DNA of 15,909 nt from an uncultured Erysipelotrichaceae bacterium (GTDB lineage: Bacteria; Bacillota_I; Bacilli_A; Erysipelotrichales; Erysipelotrichaceae): positions 1 through 15,909 of the forward strand of contig CAYWGS010000027.1 of the NCBI GenBank assembly GCA_964457525.1. The letters run 5' to 3'. This document shows, one piece after another, positions 1 to 7,565 of this stretch. Made by a program: the position numbers and the translations under genes. Below the pieces are notes generated by a model that saw only the letters and a program-made list of their open reading frames with translations, was not told where the DNA came from and did no database searches. Within the stretch, counting starts at the first letter, position 1. Every line of letters starts with the position of its first letter.

Positions 1-18
1 GATAAACTTTACCCTAAA

Positions 19-2610
19 CTACTTTTGTCCATTTAGCTTTAGTAACTTCATGATTTCTACCACAATTAATGGGAAGAACATGAGTAGTATTACGACTTCC
101 CAGTGATGTAAATCAAGCGCAACTAATTTAAATAAGTCACGTATAACTGGAATAAATAGAACCGCAAACATCATAAGTGCATTCGTAAATGTCGCAAGTA
201 TTAACATCTTATTCTTGAAGAATGTTTTAAACACACTCTTTTGAGACGAATGAATATTGAAGGAATGGACAAGTTGGCTAAATGCTAAGACAATAAATGC
301 CATTGTTTGTCCTTGTGCAAGTGATCCTTCCATACCTAAACTACCATAACCATAGAGGAAGGCAATTAAGGTTAGAATCCCAATTAAGATCCCTTGGTAA
401 CCAATTCTAAATGCCATAGACTTATTGAGTAATCCTTTTTCACGATTTGGTTCACGATTCATGATGCCCTCTTCAGCTGGATCAACACCTAATGCTAAAG
501 CAGGAAGACTGTCTGTTACAAGATTAATCCATAGAATATGAATAGGAAGTAATGGAGTTGCCCAGTTCATGATTGCGGCGATAAGTAAGGTAAACAATTC
601 CCCAACATTACACGACAAGAGATACGTAATTGCTTTAGTAATGTTATCACGAATACGACGACCTTCTTCTACCGCATTTACAACCGTTGCGAAGTTATCA
701 TCTGCTAAGACCATATCTGCAGCCCCTTTAGCAACTTCAGTACCCACAACACCCATTGCGGCTCCAATGTCAGATTTCTTAAGAGCTGGTGCATCATTTA
801 CACCATCTCCTGTCATCGCAACAACTTCACCATGTTTCTTCCAAGCATCAATGATTCTCATCTTATGTTCAGGTGATACACGCGCATACACCGCAATACT
901 CTTTACTTGACTGAACAAGTCATCATCACTCATATTATCGAGTTCAACGCCAGTAATGACTTTATCTCCCGGTAACATCAATCCAATTTGTAATCCGATT
1001 GCTTCTGCGGTAGTTTTATGATCACCCGTAATCATAACTGGACGAATACCAGCTGATCGACATTCTTGGATCGCGAGTTTGACTTCTTCACGAGGTGGAT
1101 CAATCATACCCGTTAAACCAACAAAGCATAATTGAGATTCAACCGTGACATCTCCATCTTTAATATTCTCTTGTATACGTTTCTTAGCATACGCGAGGAC
1201 ACGTAATGCTTCTTTCCCCATATTCGCATTCTCTTGTTGGATTAAGTTCAAATCTTCTTGAGTAATTGGTCGAATATGATCTCCATCAATCACATGTGTT
1301 ACTTGGCTTAAGACTTCATCCACGCCCCCTTTTACATAAACAGTGAAATGTTCTTTATGTTTATGTACGGTAGACATACGTTTACGATTGGATTCAAATG
1401 GTACTTCTGCCACACGTGGATAGAGTTTTTGTGTATGTTCTAGGTTTAAACCTTGTTTAATCGCCCATTCTACTAAGGCAGTCTCTGTTGGATCACCGAC
1501 CCATTTACCATCAATAAGTCGTGAGTCGTTACATAAACTTGCGGCTTTTAATAGATCAGGTTGATTTTCTTCATTGACTAACCAATAATGCGTAACAGTC
1601 ATTTTATTTTGTGTTAGTGTTCCTGTTTTATCTGAACAAATAACCGTTGCGCCACCAAGTGTTTCTACACTGGATAGATTACGAATTATCGCATTACGTT
1701 TAGCTAAACGTTGGACACCCATCGCCATAACAATCGTTGCGACAGCCGGCAAACTTTCAGGAATAACAGCTACGGCTAAGGATACAGAACTCATGAATAA
1801 TTCTAAGAGTTCTTTTCCGTTAATTACACCAATACCAAATATAATCACGACTGAGATAAGAGCACCAATCCCTAAGATGCGTCCCAACTCATCAAGTTTT
1901 ACTTCAAGTGGTGTTTTTTCTTTCTTGTTTGATGTTAGTAAGTTCGCAATCTTACCAACTTCTGTATTCATACCAACCCCAACAACTAATCCAATAGCAC
2001 GACCATAGGTTACACTTGAAGATGCATAAGCCATATTCTTACGATCCCCAAGAGGTACATCAGTACTAATATTCAATGTCGCATCTTTATCAACCGGTAC
2101 AGATTCACCTGTTAAGGATGCTTCTTGGATTTGACAACTACTGGATTTGATCAGTCTTAAGTCAGCGGATACTTGATCCCCTGCTTCTAAAATGACAATA
2201 TCATTCATTACGACATCTTTTGAATCAATTTGAAGTTCTTGCCCATTACGAATAACTTTAGTCAATGGGGCTGCTAATTCTTTGAGTGCAGCTAATGCTT
2301 TTTCCGCTTTATCTTCTTGTAATACACCCAGAATCGCATTTAATAATACGATGGCTAAAATAATTAACGCATCGGCTTTCTCATCCAAAAAGAATGAAAT
2401 GACAGACGCAACCATCAGAATAATGATCATAGAATTATTAAATTGATTAATAAATAACTTTAATAAACTATCTTTCTTACCCTCATCTAACTTATTCTGT
2501 CCATACTTTTCTCTGTTTTGAATGACTTGTTCATCCGTTAATCCTTTTTCAAGATTAAACGTCTGTTGAATCGATTCTAAGCTTTTCTGATACCACTTTT
2601 CGTTTTCCAT
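19..2610 (-). CDS. P-type (PIIA, SERCA/YloB/LMCA1-like) cation-transporting ATPase, annotated by homology as Ca2+-type. The upstream riboswitch suggests a Mn2+ or Mn2+/Ca2+ exporter.
   Basis: Long ORF with P-type signatures read in the translation: TGES, CSDKTGTLT (Asp codon at 1630-1632), MITGDH, TGDGVNDAPAL. Ion-site motifs are M4 PESLP (1747-1761), M5 NVGE and M6 NLVTDSLP. The start is moved from the track's GTG (2625) to ATG 2608-2610, because AAAGGAG sits 4 nt upstream of that ATG and nothing SD-like precedes the GTG. Confidence 0.93.
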   Translation of the reverse strand: MENEKWYQKSLESIQQTFNLEKGLTDEQVIQNREKYGQNKLDEGKKDSLLKLFINQFNNSMIIILMVASVISFFLDEKADALIILAIVLLNAILGVLQEDKAEKALAALKELAAPLTKVIRNGQELQIDSKDVVMNDIVILEAGDQVSADLRLIKSSSCQIQEASLTGESVPVDKDATLNISTDVPLGDRKNMAYASSSVTYGRAIGLVVGVGMNTEVGKIANLLTSNKKEKTPLEVKLDELGRILGIGALISVVIIFGIGVINGKELLELFMSSVSLAVAVIPESLPAVATIVMAMGVQRLAKRNAIIRNLSSVETLGGATVICSDKTGTLTQNKMTVTHYWLVNEENQPDLLKAASLCNDSRLIDGKWVGDPTETALVEWAIKQGLNLEHTQKLYPRVAEVPFESNRKRMSTVHKHKEHFTVYVKGGVDEVLSQVTHVIDGDHIRPITQEDLNLIQQENANMGKEALRVLAYAKKRIQENIKDGDVTVESQLCFVGLTGMIDPPREEVKLAIQECRSAGIRPVMITGDHKTTAEAIGLQIGLMLPGDKVITGVELDNMSDDDLFSQVKSIAVYARVSPEHKMRIIDAWKKHGEVVAMTGDGVNDAPALKKSDIGAAMGVVGTEVAKGAADMVLADDNFATVVNAVEEGRRIRDNITKAITYLLSCNVGELFTLLIAAIMNWATPLLPIHILWINLVTDSLPALALGVDPAEEGIMNREPNREKGLLNKSMAFRIGYQGILIGILTLIAFLYGYGSLGMEGSLAQGQTMAFIVLAFSQLVHSFNIHSSQKSVFKTFFKNKMLILATFTNALMMFAVLFIPVIRDLFKLVALDLHHWEVVILLMFFPLIVVEIMKLLKLNGQK

Positions 2611-2625
2611 GATTCTCCTTTTCAC

Positions 2626-2661
2626 AAAATAAAAGACTTTAGCCTTTATTGTTAAAGTCTT
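2626..2661 (-). terminator. Intrinsic terminator serving as the expression platform of the Mn2+ riboswitch
   Basis: Minus-strand RNA reads AAGACUUUA-(11 nt loop)-UAAAGUCUU followed by UUAUUUU. This is a 9-bp perfect stem (plus-strand arms 2633-2641 and 2653-2661). Its 5' arm overlaps the 3' strand of the aptamer closing helix (CUUUAAC, 2651-2657), so aptamer P1 and terminator are mutually exclusive. Confidence 0.75.
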
Positions 2662-2740
2662 GAAAGTTATGATTAGTCCGGATGTCTACACATCGTCTTG
2701 ACGGAACGAATCTCCCTAATGGGCATCTACTCCCTTTAAC
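2651..2740 (-). promoter_or_regulatory. yybP-ykoY family Mn2+ riboswitch aptamer (Rfam RF00080-like)
   Basis: The 90-nt minus-strand RNA is GUUAAAGGGAGUAGAUGCCCAUUAGGGAGAUUCGUUCCGUCAAGACGAUGUGUAGACAUCCGGACUAAUCAUAACUUUCAAGACUUUAAC. The closing helix is GUUAAAG/CUUUAAC. The conserved L1 blocks GGGAGUAG (5') and CAAGAC (3') are present, as is the L3-like block CCGUCAA...CGG, in the same order as the L. lactis/B. subtilis aptamers as I recall them. The central helices could not be folded confidently by eye, and P4 looks short or absent. Confidence 0.8.
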
Positions 2741-2747
2741 AAAAAAG

Positions 2748-2776
2748 ATTATATCAAACGATTGATTTGATTACAA
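2748..2776 (-). promoter_or_regulatory. Sigma-70/SigA-type promoter driving the riboswitch-ATPase transcript
   Basis: The minus strand reads TTGTAA-17 nt-TATAAT (-35 at 2771-2776, -10 at 2748-2753). The first base of the aptamer P1 lies about 7 nt downstream of the -10. Confidence 0.65.
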
Positions 2777-2777
2777 G

Positions 2778-4307
2778 TTATCTTTTTCGTGTCAGTGATC
2801 CAAATACACCACGTGCAATTTCACGTCCAATAGAACTGCTCATTGTACCCAAGAAGGACTTTGCCATTCTTTGAACTTGGTTGGCTTGTTTTTCTTTTGC
2901 CTTCGCAATTTCTCTTTCAGTCTTGGCACGTTCTCTTTGAAGTTTTAATTCATCAAGTTCTGCTTGTCTTCTTTCCTTTTCTAATTGCTTTTGATTAACT
3001 TCTTCTTGTTTAAATTGAGATTGGGTTTCTACCTTTGACTTTAACATTTCAAATGCAGATTCTTTATCAATGACTTGATAATACTTAAAGTGGAATGGAG
3101 AATTCTCAATTAAGTCTTTTCTTTTTAATTCACTTAAAGTACCAATTAAACTATGAGGAGGATAAATCATCGCTCTTTGTACGACTTCTGGACGTCCTTC
3201 TGTATCTAACATCGATACAAGTGCTTCCCCTGTTTTAAGTTCTGTTATAACTGTAGGGATATCAATTTCTGGATTTTGTCTGAATGTTTCTGCCATTGCA
3301 GTAATTGCTTTTTGTTCTTTTGGTGTGAATGCTCGAATCGCATGTTGAATACGATTCCCTAATTGACCTAATACTTTTTCTGGAATATCAATTGGATTCT
3401 GAGTTACAAAATAAACACCAACACCCTTTGAACGAATTAGTCGAACGACGAGTTCAATCTTATCTAATAGAGCCTTTGGGGCATCCGTAAACAATAAATG
3501 TGCTTCATCAAAGAAGAATACAAGTTTAGGTTTATCGACATCCCCGACTTCAGGTAGTTCTTCAAAGAGCTCGGATAGTAACCATAATAGGAATGTGGAA
3601 TATAGGGTTGGAGACATCATTAATTTCTCAGATGCGAGAACATTTATGGTTCCTCTTCCATAGGAATCAACTTTCATGAGGTCTAAGATATCAAATGCAG
3701 GTTCCGCAAAGAAATTATTACCACCTTGATCTTCTAAAGTTAAGAGTGAGCGTTGAATTGCCCCAATCGAAGGTTTAGAAACATTCCCGTATTGTGTTGT
3801 ATATTCATCCGCATGGTCCCCTACATATTGAACCATTGCTCGTAAGTCTTTTAAATCAATGAGTAATAAGCCTTGTTCATCCGCAACTCTAAATACAATA
3901 TTTAAGACGCCTGCTTGTGTATCATTTAATTCCAAGATTCGTGCTAAAAGCAGTGGTCCCATTTCTGAAACAGTCGTACGTAACGGATGTCCTAGTTCAC
4001 CAAATACATCCCATAATCGAACTGGATATTCTTTAAATTCAAATGGGTTTAAGTTTAATTGTTGGACACGTTCTAATAGTTTAGGATTTTCAACTCCTCT
4101 TTCTGCAAGTGATGCTAAGTCACCCTTAACATCCGCTAGAAATACAGGAACACCTTGTTCACTAAATTGTTCAGCTAATACTTTTAAAGAGATTGTTTTC
4201 CCAGTTCCTGTTGCACCAGCAATTAATCCATGACGATTAGCCATTTTTGTATGCAAGATTATTTTCTTATCTGACTGCCCGATAATTAATTCAACGGATT
4301 GACTCAT
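2778..4307 (-). CDS. DUF853 / YjgR-family HerA-like P-loop ATPase (helicase HerA-like domain protein)
   Basis: The 509-aa N-terminus [16 protein letters not shown] (Walker A) matches the E. coli YjgR N-terminus as I recall it. There is a Walker B-like [12 protein letters not shown], a Lys/Glu-rich coiled-coil tail, and a basic C-terminal segment typical of DUF853. RBS GGGAGA lies 5 nt before the ATG. Confidence 0.85.
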   Translation of the reverse strand: MSQSVELIIGQSDKKIILHTKMANRHGLIAGATGTGKTISLKVLAEQFSEQGVPVFLADVKGDLASLAERGVENPKLLERVQQLNLNPFEFKEYPVRLWDVFGELGHPLRTTVSEMGPLLLARILELNDTQAGVLNIVFRVADEQGLLLIDLKDLRAMVQYVGDHADEYTTQYGNVSKPSIGAIQRSLLTLEDQGGNNFFAEPAFDILDLMKVDSYGRGTINVLASEKLMMSPTLYSTFLLWLLSELFEELPEVGDVDKPKLVFFFDEAHLLFTDAPKALLDKIELVVRLIRSKGVGVYFVTQNPIDIPEKVLGQLGNRIQHAIRAFTPKEQKAITAMAETFRQNPEIDIPTVITELKTGEALVSMLDTEGRPEVVQRAMIYPPHSLIGTLSELKRKDLIENSPFHFKYYQVIDKESAFEMLKSKVETQSQFKQEEVNQKQLEKERRQAELDELKLQRERAKTEREIAKAKEKQANQVQRMAKSFLGTMSSSIGREIARGVFGSLTRKR

Positions 4308-4332
4308 AAATTTCTCCCTATCTATTGTTTTT

Positions 4333-4361
4333 ATTATAGAATTATTTGGTTTATTATTCTA
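4333..4361 (-). promoter_or_regulatory. Putative promoter of the DUF853 ATPase gene
   Basis: The minus strand reads TAGAAT-17 nt-TATAAT (-10 at 4333-4338). The -35 is weak. Confidence 0.35.
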
Positions 4362-4379
4362 GTATTACTCCTATACACC

Positions 4380-4408
4380 TTGACACTCTTAGATTATTTA
4401 CCTAAAAT
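4380..4408 (+). promoter_or_regulatory. Putative promoter of mntP
   Basis: TTGACA (4380-4385), a 17-nt spacer, then TAAAAT (4403-4408). This is followed by a leader of about 50 nt and RBS AAGAGG (4457-4462). Confidence 0.6.
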
Positions 4409-4467
4409 TGTTATGTTTTGTATGAGTATTAACTCATTTATCAATCATCTTACTAAAAGAGGTTAAC

Positions 4468-5031
4468 ATGGAAATATCAAATATCTTGTTAGTTGGAATT
4501 GCTGTATCAATGGATGCATTTACGGTAGCGCTTGTAAAAGGCTTATGTACAAAAGATTCTCGAACAAGAGTATCCTTCATCATTGGTATATCCTTTGGCT
4601 TCTTTCAAGGATTCATGATATGGCTAGGTTATACCTTAGGCGTTAGTTTTAGCACTTTAATTGTTCGTTTTGATCACTGGGTATCTTTCATTCTTCTGTC
4701 TATTTTAGGAATTAAGATGATTCTTGATGGTTTAAAGATGGATGGAATCAACTGTGAAATTGAGCCAAGAATGTCCATACGTTCCGTACTTGGATCTTCC
4801 ATTGCTACGAGCATAGACGCATTAGCCGTTGGAGTTAGTTTTGCCTTCAGTAGTGGTTCAATTGTTCGCACATCCCTTATTATTGGTCTTATAACATTTG
4901 CATTCTCAAGTATTGGTGTATTAATTGGAAAGAAAAGTGCTATGTGGCTTGACCATAAGGCTGAAATATTTGGTGGTTCAATCCTTTTGTTTATTGGTTT
5001 GCGTATCCTAATAACTCATTTATTCATATAA
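4468..5031 (+). CDS. mntP: Manganese efflux pump MntP (DUF204 / YebN family)
   Basis: A 187-aa protein with about 6 TM segments. It carries the duplicated conserved Asp motifs SMDAFTVA and SIDALAVG characteristic of MntP, and has a good RBS. Confidence 0.9.
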   Translation: MEISNILLVGIAVSMDAFTVALVKGLCTKDSRTRVSFIIGISFGFFQGFMIWLGYTLGVSFSTLIVRFDHWVSFILLSILGIKMILDGLKMDGINCEIEPRMSIRSVLGSSIATSIDALAVGVSFAFSSGSIVRTSLIIGLITFAFSSIGVLIGKKSAMWLDHKAEIFGGSILLFIGLRILITHLFI

Positions 5032-5056
5032 AACGGCTATCACTAGCCGTTTTCTT
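5030..5056. terminator. Bidirectional intrinsic terminator shared by mntP (+) and the metallophosphoesterase operon (-)
   Basis: AAAACGGCTA-tcac-TAGCCGTTTT is a 10-bp perfect stem (5030-5039 / 5044-5053). The A-tract on one side and T-tract on the other give a U-run in both orientations. Confidence 0.85.
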
Positions 5057-5949
5057 TATCGTATATCATAGTCAGAAATAGGTTTTGGACCATGTATTAT
5101 ATTGCGTTCAACCTGTAATAAGCCATCGTCGTTCGCTTGTATTTTCCATCTTACCATTGTTATATTACAGTTTTCGACCTCGATTGCTGTCATACTAGTA
5201 GGATAAATACAACATCCTGTATTGAAATACGGAAGATCATCTTTACGAGGAAACTTAAGTCGATGAGTGTGTCCACAGATTAACATCATCCGGTATTTTT
5301 CAATCCATTTTACATAATTCTTCTCAATCTTGTGTCGTTTGTTTTCATTCTTTACCGGACTAGAAGGATTACGAACCCCTAACGCATGTAAATATCGCCA
5401 AAAATACTTAAGTGATAACATATTTAAATACCAAAATTGGTCATTTGAGAAATCGCCTTGATGCCCATGCACAATAAAGATTTGTTGACCTGTGTGTTTA
5501 TGTTTAAGAACTAAAGCTTCTTCAGGTTGAATATCTTTTAAGAAATCAATTCGCTCTTGAGAATGTTCATTTAATTGGGTATAGAGATGTTTCTTAACAT
5601 AATTAGGATCCTTTAAATAAATATTATGATTCCCGTACAGTAGGATAAATCGATTACTTTGATGAAATCGTTTTATAATCTCAAATGTCTCAAAATGAGC
5701 ATTTTTAATATCCTTTATCCGAGGATGTTCCCACAGTTCATCCCCATCACCTGCTTCAACATAAGTAAAACCATTTTGATAGTAGTAACTCAAAGCATAT
5801 TGAAATGTATTCTGATTTTTTGTGAATTCATCTGCTAAATTACCATTTCCACGATGGCAATCACTCATTATTACGTACTTGTCTGTCTCATCAAACATTT
5901 CTAATCTTCCATGGGTAAAAGCATCTTTTAACCTTTGTACTGTTTTCAT
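5056..5949 (-). CDS. Metallophosphoesterase (calcineurin-like phosphoesterase superfamily)
   Basis: All canonical metal-binding motifs are intact in the 297-aa translation: DCHRG, GDGDE, GNHN, HGH, GHTH. RBS GGAGG lies 6 nt before the ATG. Confidence 0.88.
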   Translation of the reverse strand: MKTVQRLKDAFTHGRLEMFDETDKYVIMSDCHRGNGNLADEFTKNQNTFQYALSYYYQNGFTYVEAGDGDELWEHPRIKDIKNAHFETFEIIKRFHQSNRFILLYGNHNIYLKDPNYVKKHLYTQLNEHSQERIDFLKDIQPEEALVLKHKHTGQQIFIVHGHQGDFSNDQFWYLNMLSLKYFWRYLHALGVRNPSSPVKNENKRHKIEKNYVKWIEKYRMMLICGHTHRLKFPRKDDLPYFNTGCCIYPTSMTAIEVENCNITMVRWKIQANDDGLLQVERNIIHGPKPISDYDIR

Positions 5950-5983
5950 GTTTGACCTCCTCTGATACCTTTAGTATAAACTT

Positions 5984-6595
5984 TTATTGAGTATCTTGAT
6001 ATCTAATCTCTTCCTTACCTTCTAAGCGAAACGAGTATGTCTTATTTTCTTCAAAAATATAGATAAAGTCCGAAATTGTGTAATCTCTTTTTGAATCAAA
6101 ATAGAGTAAATCATTATTCCATTTTTTACCTGCATCATATACTATCCTAAAGCTTCCTACTGGTAATGCAAACTTAACTTCACTATTTGGATGCATAAAA
6201 AACGATAAGACATTTTTACTTGTTTCTACATCCACAATACTTATAAAGTATCCAAAGTTCTTATCTGTGAATATTTGAACATTACATAAGTTTCTATTTC
6301 TATATAAGTCATTATCTACTTCATAGACAGAGTAATTCTCAGGAAAACTATTGATATCTAAAAGTCTGAGATTTGAAATACTATAAATTAATGCAAATCC
6401 AAGAACAAATCCTAAGAAATATTTAATTAATGTCGATTGTATCGAGTAATTAGATTCTTTAACATTGTCTTCTTTTTTAGGTCTAAAATGATTGTAAACT
6501 TCATTATGCCTTTGAGTACAACTTGGATACATTGGTGATCCATCATAAACCCATTTTTGGCAACGATTACATCTTTTAATTTCCGAGTTTTCCAT
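5984..6595 (-). CDS. Hypothetical single-pass membrane protein with an N-terminal zinc-ribbon-like motif
   Basis: A 203-aa protein with CNRC-x13-C-x3-H near the N-terminus, one TM helix (LIKYFLGFVLGFALIYSISNL), and a beta-rich C-terminal domain of about 120 aa that I do not recognise. RBS GGGGGA is present. The gene lies 34 nt upstream of the metallophosphoesterase gene with no terminator between them. Confidence 0.7.
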   Translation of the reverse strand: MENSEIKRCNRCQKWVYDGSPMYPSCTQRHNEVYNHFRPKKEDNVKESNYSIQSTLIKYFLGFVLGFALIYSISNLRLLDINSFPENYSVYEVDNDLYRNRNLCNVQIFTDKNFGYFISIVDVETSKNVLSFFMHPNSEVKFALPVGSFRIVYDAGKKWNNDLLYFDSKRDYTISDFIYIFEENKTYSFRLEGKEEIRYQDTQ

Positions 6596-6625
6596 ATTAT
6601 CCCCCTATTTCCCTTAATTAACACT

Positions 6626-6654
6626 ATCATAAAAATCTTCAACTTTCTTGTCAA
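6626..6654 (-). promoter_or_regulatory. Promoter of the zinc-ribbon protein / metallophosphoesterase operon
   Basis: The minus strand reads TTGACA (6649-6654), a 17-nt spacer, then TATGAT (6626-6631). Confidence 0.6.
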
Positions 6655-6719
6655 TGCGATTGTTATATAATAAATTTAAAGAACTAAGTATCTAAGAAAT
6701 ATAACTCGGAGGTATCATC

Positions 6720-7544
6720 ATGCGTATTATTAATCTAATCGATAATATTTCATATCAATCAGACCTTAAGAGTGAACATGGTTTGTCCTATTACATTGAA
6801 ACTGAAAGACACAAAATACTGTTTGATACTGGACAAAGTAGTGCATTCATTGAGAATGCTAAGAATTTAGGTGTTGATCTAACACAAGTTGATACGGTTA
6901 TAATTTCACATGGGCATTATGATCATGGTGGCGGTCTTAAAGCATTTCTTGAACTCAATTCACAGGCTCGTGTTTATATCCAAGCGAATGCATTTAATCC
7001 TTATTATTCTAAGAACTCAGACCAACTTCATTATATTGGTTTGGATACTTCCCTTATGGATAAAAATCAGATTAAACTTGTGGATCGAGATACATATGTT
7101 ATTGATCAGTCACTCATTCTTTACGCTTCAATTAAACAGATTAAACTAAGTCCTCTTGGTAATAATGTCTTAGTAGAGAAGAGAGGATTTGATATTAAAG
7201 AAGATCCATTCTTACACGAGCAGAATTTAGTAATACGAGAAAATAATCATATTGTCTTAATGGCAGGTTGTGCACACAATGGTGTATTAAATATCGTAGA
7301 ACAAGTAAACAGTCGTTTAAAATCATCGGTTACGCATGTTTTTGGTGGTTTCCATTTATACAATTTAACTAAAGATGTATATGAAGATGATAAACGAATC
7401 TTAGAATTAGGAAATGAACTCTTAAAAACAAAGGCTTGTTTCTTTACAGGGCATTGTACAGGGACAAAAGCATTTGATACATTAAAACAATTAATGAAAG
7501 ACAAGATTGATTATATCTCTGTTGGTCGTAATATAGAGATATAA
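6720..7544 (+). CDS. MBL-fold metallo-hydrolase
   Basis: A 274-aa protein with the HxHxDH motif in ISHGHYDHGGG and later conserved His residues (GCAHNG, GGFH, TGHCTG). RBS GGAGG is present. Confidence 0.85.
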   Translation: MRIINLIDNISYQSDLKSEHGLSYYIETERHKILFDTGQSSAFIENAKNLGVDLTQVDTVIISHGHYDHGGGLKAFLELNSQARVYIQANAFNPYYSKNSDQLHYIGLDTSLMDKNQIKLVDRDTYVIDQSLILYASIKQIKLSPLGNNVLVEKRGFDIKEDPFLHEQNLVIRENNHIVLMAGCAHNGVLNIVEQVNSRLKSSVTHVFGGFHLYNLTKDVYEDDKRILELGNELLKTKACFFTGHCTGTKAFDTLKQLMKDKIDYISVGRNIEI

Positions 7545-7545
7545 A

Positions 7546-7565
7546 AACCCATCCAAGGATGGGTT
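7546..7565. terminator. Hairpin terminator between convergent genes, with the U-tract on the minus-strand orientation
   Basis: AACCCATC-caag-GATGGGTT forms the stem. The minus orientation is followed by UUUUUAU, while the plus orientation lacks a U-run. The hairpin overlaps the stop codon of the 113-aa ORF. Confidence 0.7.

Noticed and set aside
569-910. 113-aa plus-strand ORF inside the ATPase gene. A second ORF of the same kind sits at 1793-2008.
   Set aside because: Both are fully antisense to a well-supported P-type ATPase CDS. Their composition is low-complexity and Ser/Thr/Ala/Pro-rich, and they have no RBS, which is typical of shadow ORFs.
2611-2625. GTG start (MKRRI extension) for the ATPase, as in the ORF track
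   Set aside because: The extension is itself the SD (AAAGGAG) for ATG 2608-2610. Nothing SD-like precedes the GTG, which sits directly after the terminator U-tract.
3859-4233. 124-aa plus-strand ORF inside the DUF853 gene
   Set aside because: It is antisense to a CDS with clear Walker motifs, has no RBS, and has an implausible composition.
2778-4307. Reading the HerA-like ATPase as part of an anti-phage defence system
   Set aside because: Defence-associated HerA proteins are paired with a nuclease, SIR2 or similar effector, and no such partner is adjacent. The protein matches the widespread stand-alone DUF853/YjgR type, and the neighbourhood has no mobile-element or island hallmarks.
4308-4467. 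Looked for a second yybP-ykoY riboswitch upstream of mntP, the usual location
   Set aside because: No GGGGAGUAG / CGUCAA / CAAGAC blocks occur on either strand, and the predicted leader is too short (about 50 nt) for the aptamer.
4674-4871. 65-aa minus-strand ORF inside mntP
   Set aside because: It is an antisense shadow of a well-supported membrane-protein gene.
6427-6654. 75-aa minus-strand ORF overlapping the 5' end of the zinc-ribbon protein gene in another frame
   Set aside because: It would start upstream of or within the TTGACA-17-TATGAT promoter and has no RBS. The 203-aa frame has a GGGGGA RBS and a coherent domain layout.
6910-7504. Alternative-frame and antisense ORFs within the MBL-fold gene (6910-7149 on the plus strand, 7247-7504 on the minus strand)
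   Set aside because: They overlap a CDS with a clear HxHxDH motif and show AT-rich frame artefacts (Ile/Leu/Lys/Phe-rich).
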